A stretch of DNA of 64,000 nucleotides. It comes from an uncultured Actinomycetota bacterium. GTDB lineage: Bacteria; Actinomycetota; Actinomycetes; JAFAQI01. Made by a program: the position numbers and the translations under genes. The stretch is from contig CAVYQE010000002.1 in NCBI GenBank assembly GCA_963770565.1, positions 160,001 through 224,000 of the forward strand. The letters run 5' to 3'. The notes under the pieces were generated by a model. That model saw only the letters and a list, made by a program, of their open reading frames with translations. It made no database searches and was not told the DNA's origin. Positions 61,729 to 64,000 of this stretch are shown piece after piece (position 1 is the stretch's first letter; each line of letters begins with the position of its first letter).

Positions 61729-64000
61729 GTCACGACCTGCCCGCCCTCGTCCTGCGCCGGGCACGAGGTCTTGAACCGGCACCGCCGGCAGGCCTCGCTC
61801 GGCCGGGCCGGGAACGCCTCACCGCGGATCGCGGTCGCGATCCCGCCGATCATCTCCTCGACCCAGGCGTCCTCGGGCCCGAGCGCGTCCTGGTGCTGCA
61901 CCCGGGCTGCGCCCCGCAGCGCGGCGCGCAGCTGCAACAGCTCGGCGCCGCCGGGAGTGCTCGACCAGTCCGCGAACGCGCCGCCGCGCACGGCGAGCTG
62001 GTAGACCCCGAGCTGCGGATCGTTCGCGACGTCGCCCTTGGTCGGCGGGTGCTTACTGGTCTTGAGGTCGACGATGACCATGCGGTCGTCGTCGTCGAGC
62101 TCGATCCGGTCGGCCCGGCCGTGGATGACGATGTCGTCACCGACGGGTACGTCGAAGCTGCGCTCTGCTGCGACGCACCGGCGCGGGTCGGCCTGATGCC
62201 AGTCGAGGAAACGCCTCAGCGCGTCCTCGGCCTCGGCGCGATCGCGCACGGCCTGCCACGACGCGTCGTACGGGAGCTGGCTCCACACCGCGTCGAGCCG
62301 CTCCAGCAAAGCGTCGAGCTCCGCAGGCAGCTCGCCGACGACGACGGCCTCGGCGAGCGCGTGGACGATTGACCCGAACCCCTGCGCGGTCGACGTTGAC
62401 TCCTTGGCCTTGACCTCGCGATCGAGGAACCACTCGCGCGGGCAGCGCGTGAACGACGACGCGGCCGAACCGGACAGGTCGATCGGCCGGTCGGTCGGTC
62501 GGACCGGCGTCGCGCCGGGCGTGAGGTCGGCGAGCCCCCACCAGCTCGCGGGCATGGCGGCCGGCAGCAACGGATTGTTGTCGTCGTCAACCGCCGCTCC
62601 CAGGTCGGCGAGGCAGCGGGCCGCCTCGCGCCGCAGCGCATCATCGGTCGCCGGGTCTTCGAGCGCGCGTCGCAACCGGGCCACGAGCGATCCGGGCGAC
62701 AGCACGTTGGTGGGCGCCGGCAGCACCTCGGGCTGGTCGAGGCCGGTCTCGTCCAGGAACCGCGACGGCCGCTCGCTGAGGTCGTCGGTGCCCGACGTGG
62801 CGGTCAGGACGAGCCGCTGGCGGGCCCGGGTGACAGCGACGTAGAACAACCGGCGCTCCTCGACCAGCAGAGCGGCCGACGAAGCAGGGTCGCGCGGGCC
62901 GGTTAGGTCGAGCGCATCCGCATCGAGCAGCGAGCCGCGCCGGCGCAGATCGGGCCAGATCCCCTCCTGGAGATCGGCGACAACCACGAGGTCCCACTCG
63001 AGCCCCTTGGCCCGGTGCGCGGTCAGCAGCCGGACCGAGCCCGGCGCGCCGGACTTCTCCTCGTACGGCGCGGCCGGGATCTCTTGCGCGACCACCTCCT
63101 CGAGCAGTGCACCGACGCTGGCCCGGGGCTGGCGGTCCTCCAGCCGCGAGGCGGCGTCGAAGAGCGCCACGACGGCGTCGAGGTCGCGGTCGGCCGCGCG
63201 GCCGGGGGCGTCCGGCGCGAGCGCCGCGGTGGAGAGGCGGCGGGCCCAGTCCGAGCCGTCCCACAGTGCCCAGAGCACCTCGGCGGGGGTGCCGCCGGCC
63301 GCGGCCACCCGCTCCGCCTCGGCGAGCAACGACGTCAGGCGGCGGACCGGAGCTGCCACCCAGTCCTCGACCGCGTCGAGATCCGCGGGGTCGTCGACCA
63401 CCTCGCCGATGAGCACGGCCGACGGCGCAACGGTGGCTCCGCCGGCCCGGGCCAGGTCGCGCAGCCGCCGCCCGAGCGCCCTGAGCTGAGCGGGCGAGGC
63501 GCCGCCGAGCGGTGACATCAGCAACGTGCGGACCGCATCGGGATCGAGCGGCCGGCGCGGCAGGTGATCGGGCTTCGTGCGGTCCGCGACGATCTCCAGC
63601 GCGCGCAGCAGCGGGGCGACGGCCGGGTCACGGGACAGCGGCAGCTCGTCGGCGGCCACCGAGACCGGCACGCCCGACGCGACCAGCGCACGGCGCACGA
63701 TCGGGATGCTGCGCACGCCCGACCGCACCAGTACAGCCATCTCCGACCACGGCACCTCGTCGATGAGGTGAGCCCGCCGCAACAGGTCGGCGATCCCGCT
63801 GACCTGCGCCCCGACCGAGGAGAACAGCTTGATCTCCGGCGTGATCAGGCTGACTGGACCGGCCGCCTCCAGCCGCCGGTGCGCCTCACGGCGACTGCCG
63901 AGGCGCCCGAGCGGGATCCGCTCGGCGACCGAGCGGGACAGCCGGACGAGATCGGCTCCGGAGCGCCGGCAGACCGTCAGCGTCTTGATCTCGGCCGGGG
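61725..64000 (-). CDS. adnA: Helicase-nuclease AdnA (5' part outside the window)
   Basis: TAHRAKGLEW, EERRLFYVA, GRADRIE..DLKT, C..CRRC..SCP Fe-S motif. Confidence 0.9.
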   Translation of the reverse strand, partial: PAEIKTLTVCRRSGADLVRLSRSVAERIPLGRLGSRREAHRRLEAAGPVSLITPEIKLFSSVGAQVSGIADLLRRAHLIDEVPWSEMAVLVRSGVRSIPIVRRALVASGVPVSVAADELPLSRDPAVAPLLRALEIVADRTKPDHLPRRPLDPDAVRTLLMSPLGGASPAQLRALGRRLRDLARAGGATVAPSAVLIGEVVDDPADLDAVEDWVAAPVRRLTSLLAEAERVAAAGGTPAEVLWALWDGSDWARRLSTAALAPDAPGRAADRDLDAVVALFDAASRLEDRQPRASVGALLEEVVAQEIPAAPYEEKSGAPGSVRLLTAHRAKGLEWDLVVVADLQEGIWPDLRRRGSLLDADALDLTGPRDPASSAALLVEERRLFYVAVTRARQRLVLTATSGTDDLSERPSRFLDETGLDQPEVLPAPTNVLSPGSLVARLRRALEDPATDDALRREAARCLADLGAAVDDDNNPLLPAAMPASWWGLADLTPGATPVRPTDRPIDLSGSAASSFTRCPREWFLDREVKAKESTSTAQGFGSIVHALAEAVVVGELPAELDALLERLDAVWSQLPYDASWQAVRDRAEAEDALRRFLDWHQADPRRCVAAERSFDVPVGDDIVIHGRADRIELDDDDRMVIVDLKTSKHPPTKGDVANDPQLGVYQLAVRGGAFADWSSTPGGAELLQLRAALRGAARVQHQDALGPEDAWVEEMIGGIATAIRGEAFPARPSEACRRCRFKTSCPAQDEGGQVVT

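Noticed and set aside
52094-64000. Helicase/nuclease cluster as an anti-phage system
   Set aside because: These are core UvrD2 and AdnAB repair genes in their usual order.

Overview
High-GC actinobacterial chromosome segment, mostly core genome. The ends follow the gene order known from Mycobacterium/Streptomyces: tRNA-fMet, UPF0182, PDZ-Lon, zincin, ThiF-like and ABC1 kinase on the left; whiB7, uvrD2, mrx1, nudC and adnAB on the right. About 32 kb of other genes lie between them: methylmalonyl-CoA mutase/folE, a MacAB-like ABC cluster with a glycosyltransferase and a PhoPR-like two-component system, a near-complete FAS-II operon, ideR, gpgS, folP, paaK, an ECF sigma/anti-sigma pair and secreted proteins. 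Left of the tRNA is a decayed island-like stretch holding a frameshifted P3A-type H+-ATPase and gene remnants. The most notable unexplained signals are: an 83-bp covarying palindromic element present twice at gene 3' ends; a 22-23-bp-phased DnaA-box array away from any visible oriC; a FabD carrying a lysine-less biotinyl/lipoyl-like domain; an orphan RRE/E1-like protein beside a 50-aa Cys4 peptide; and an unknown acidic protein preceded by sigma28-like and BldM-WhiI-like sites. All calls come from motif recognition only; no database searches were run.
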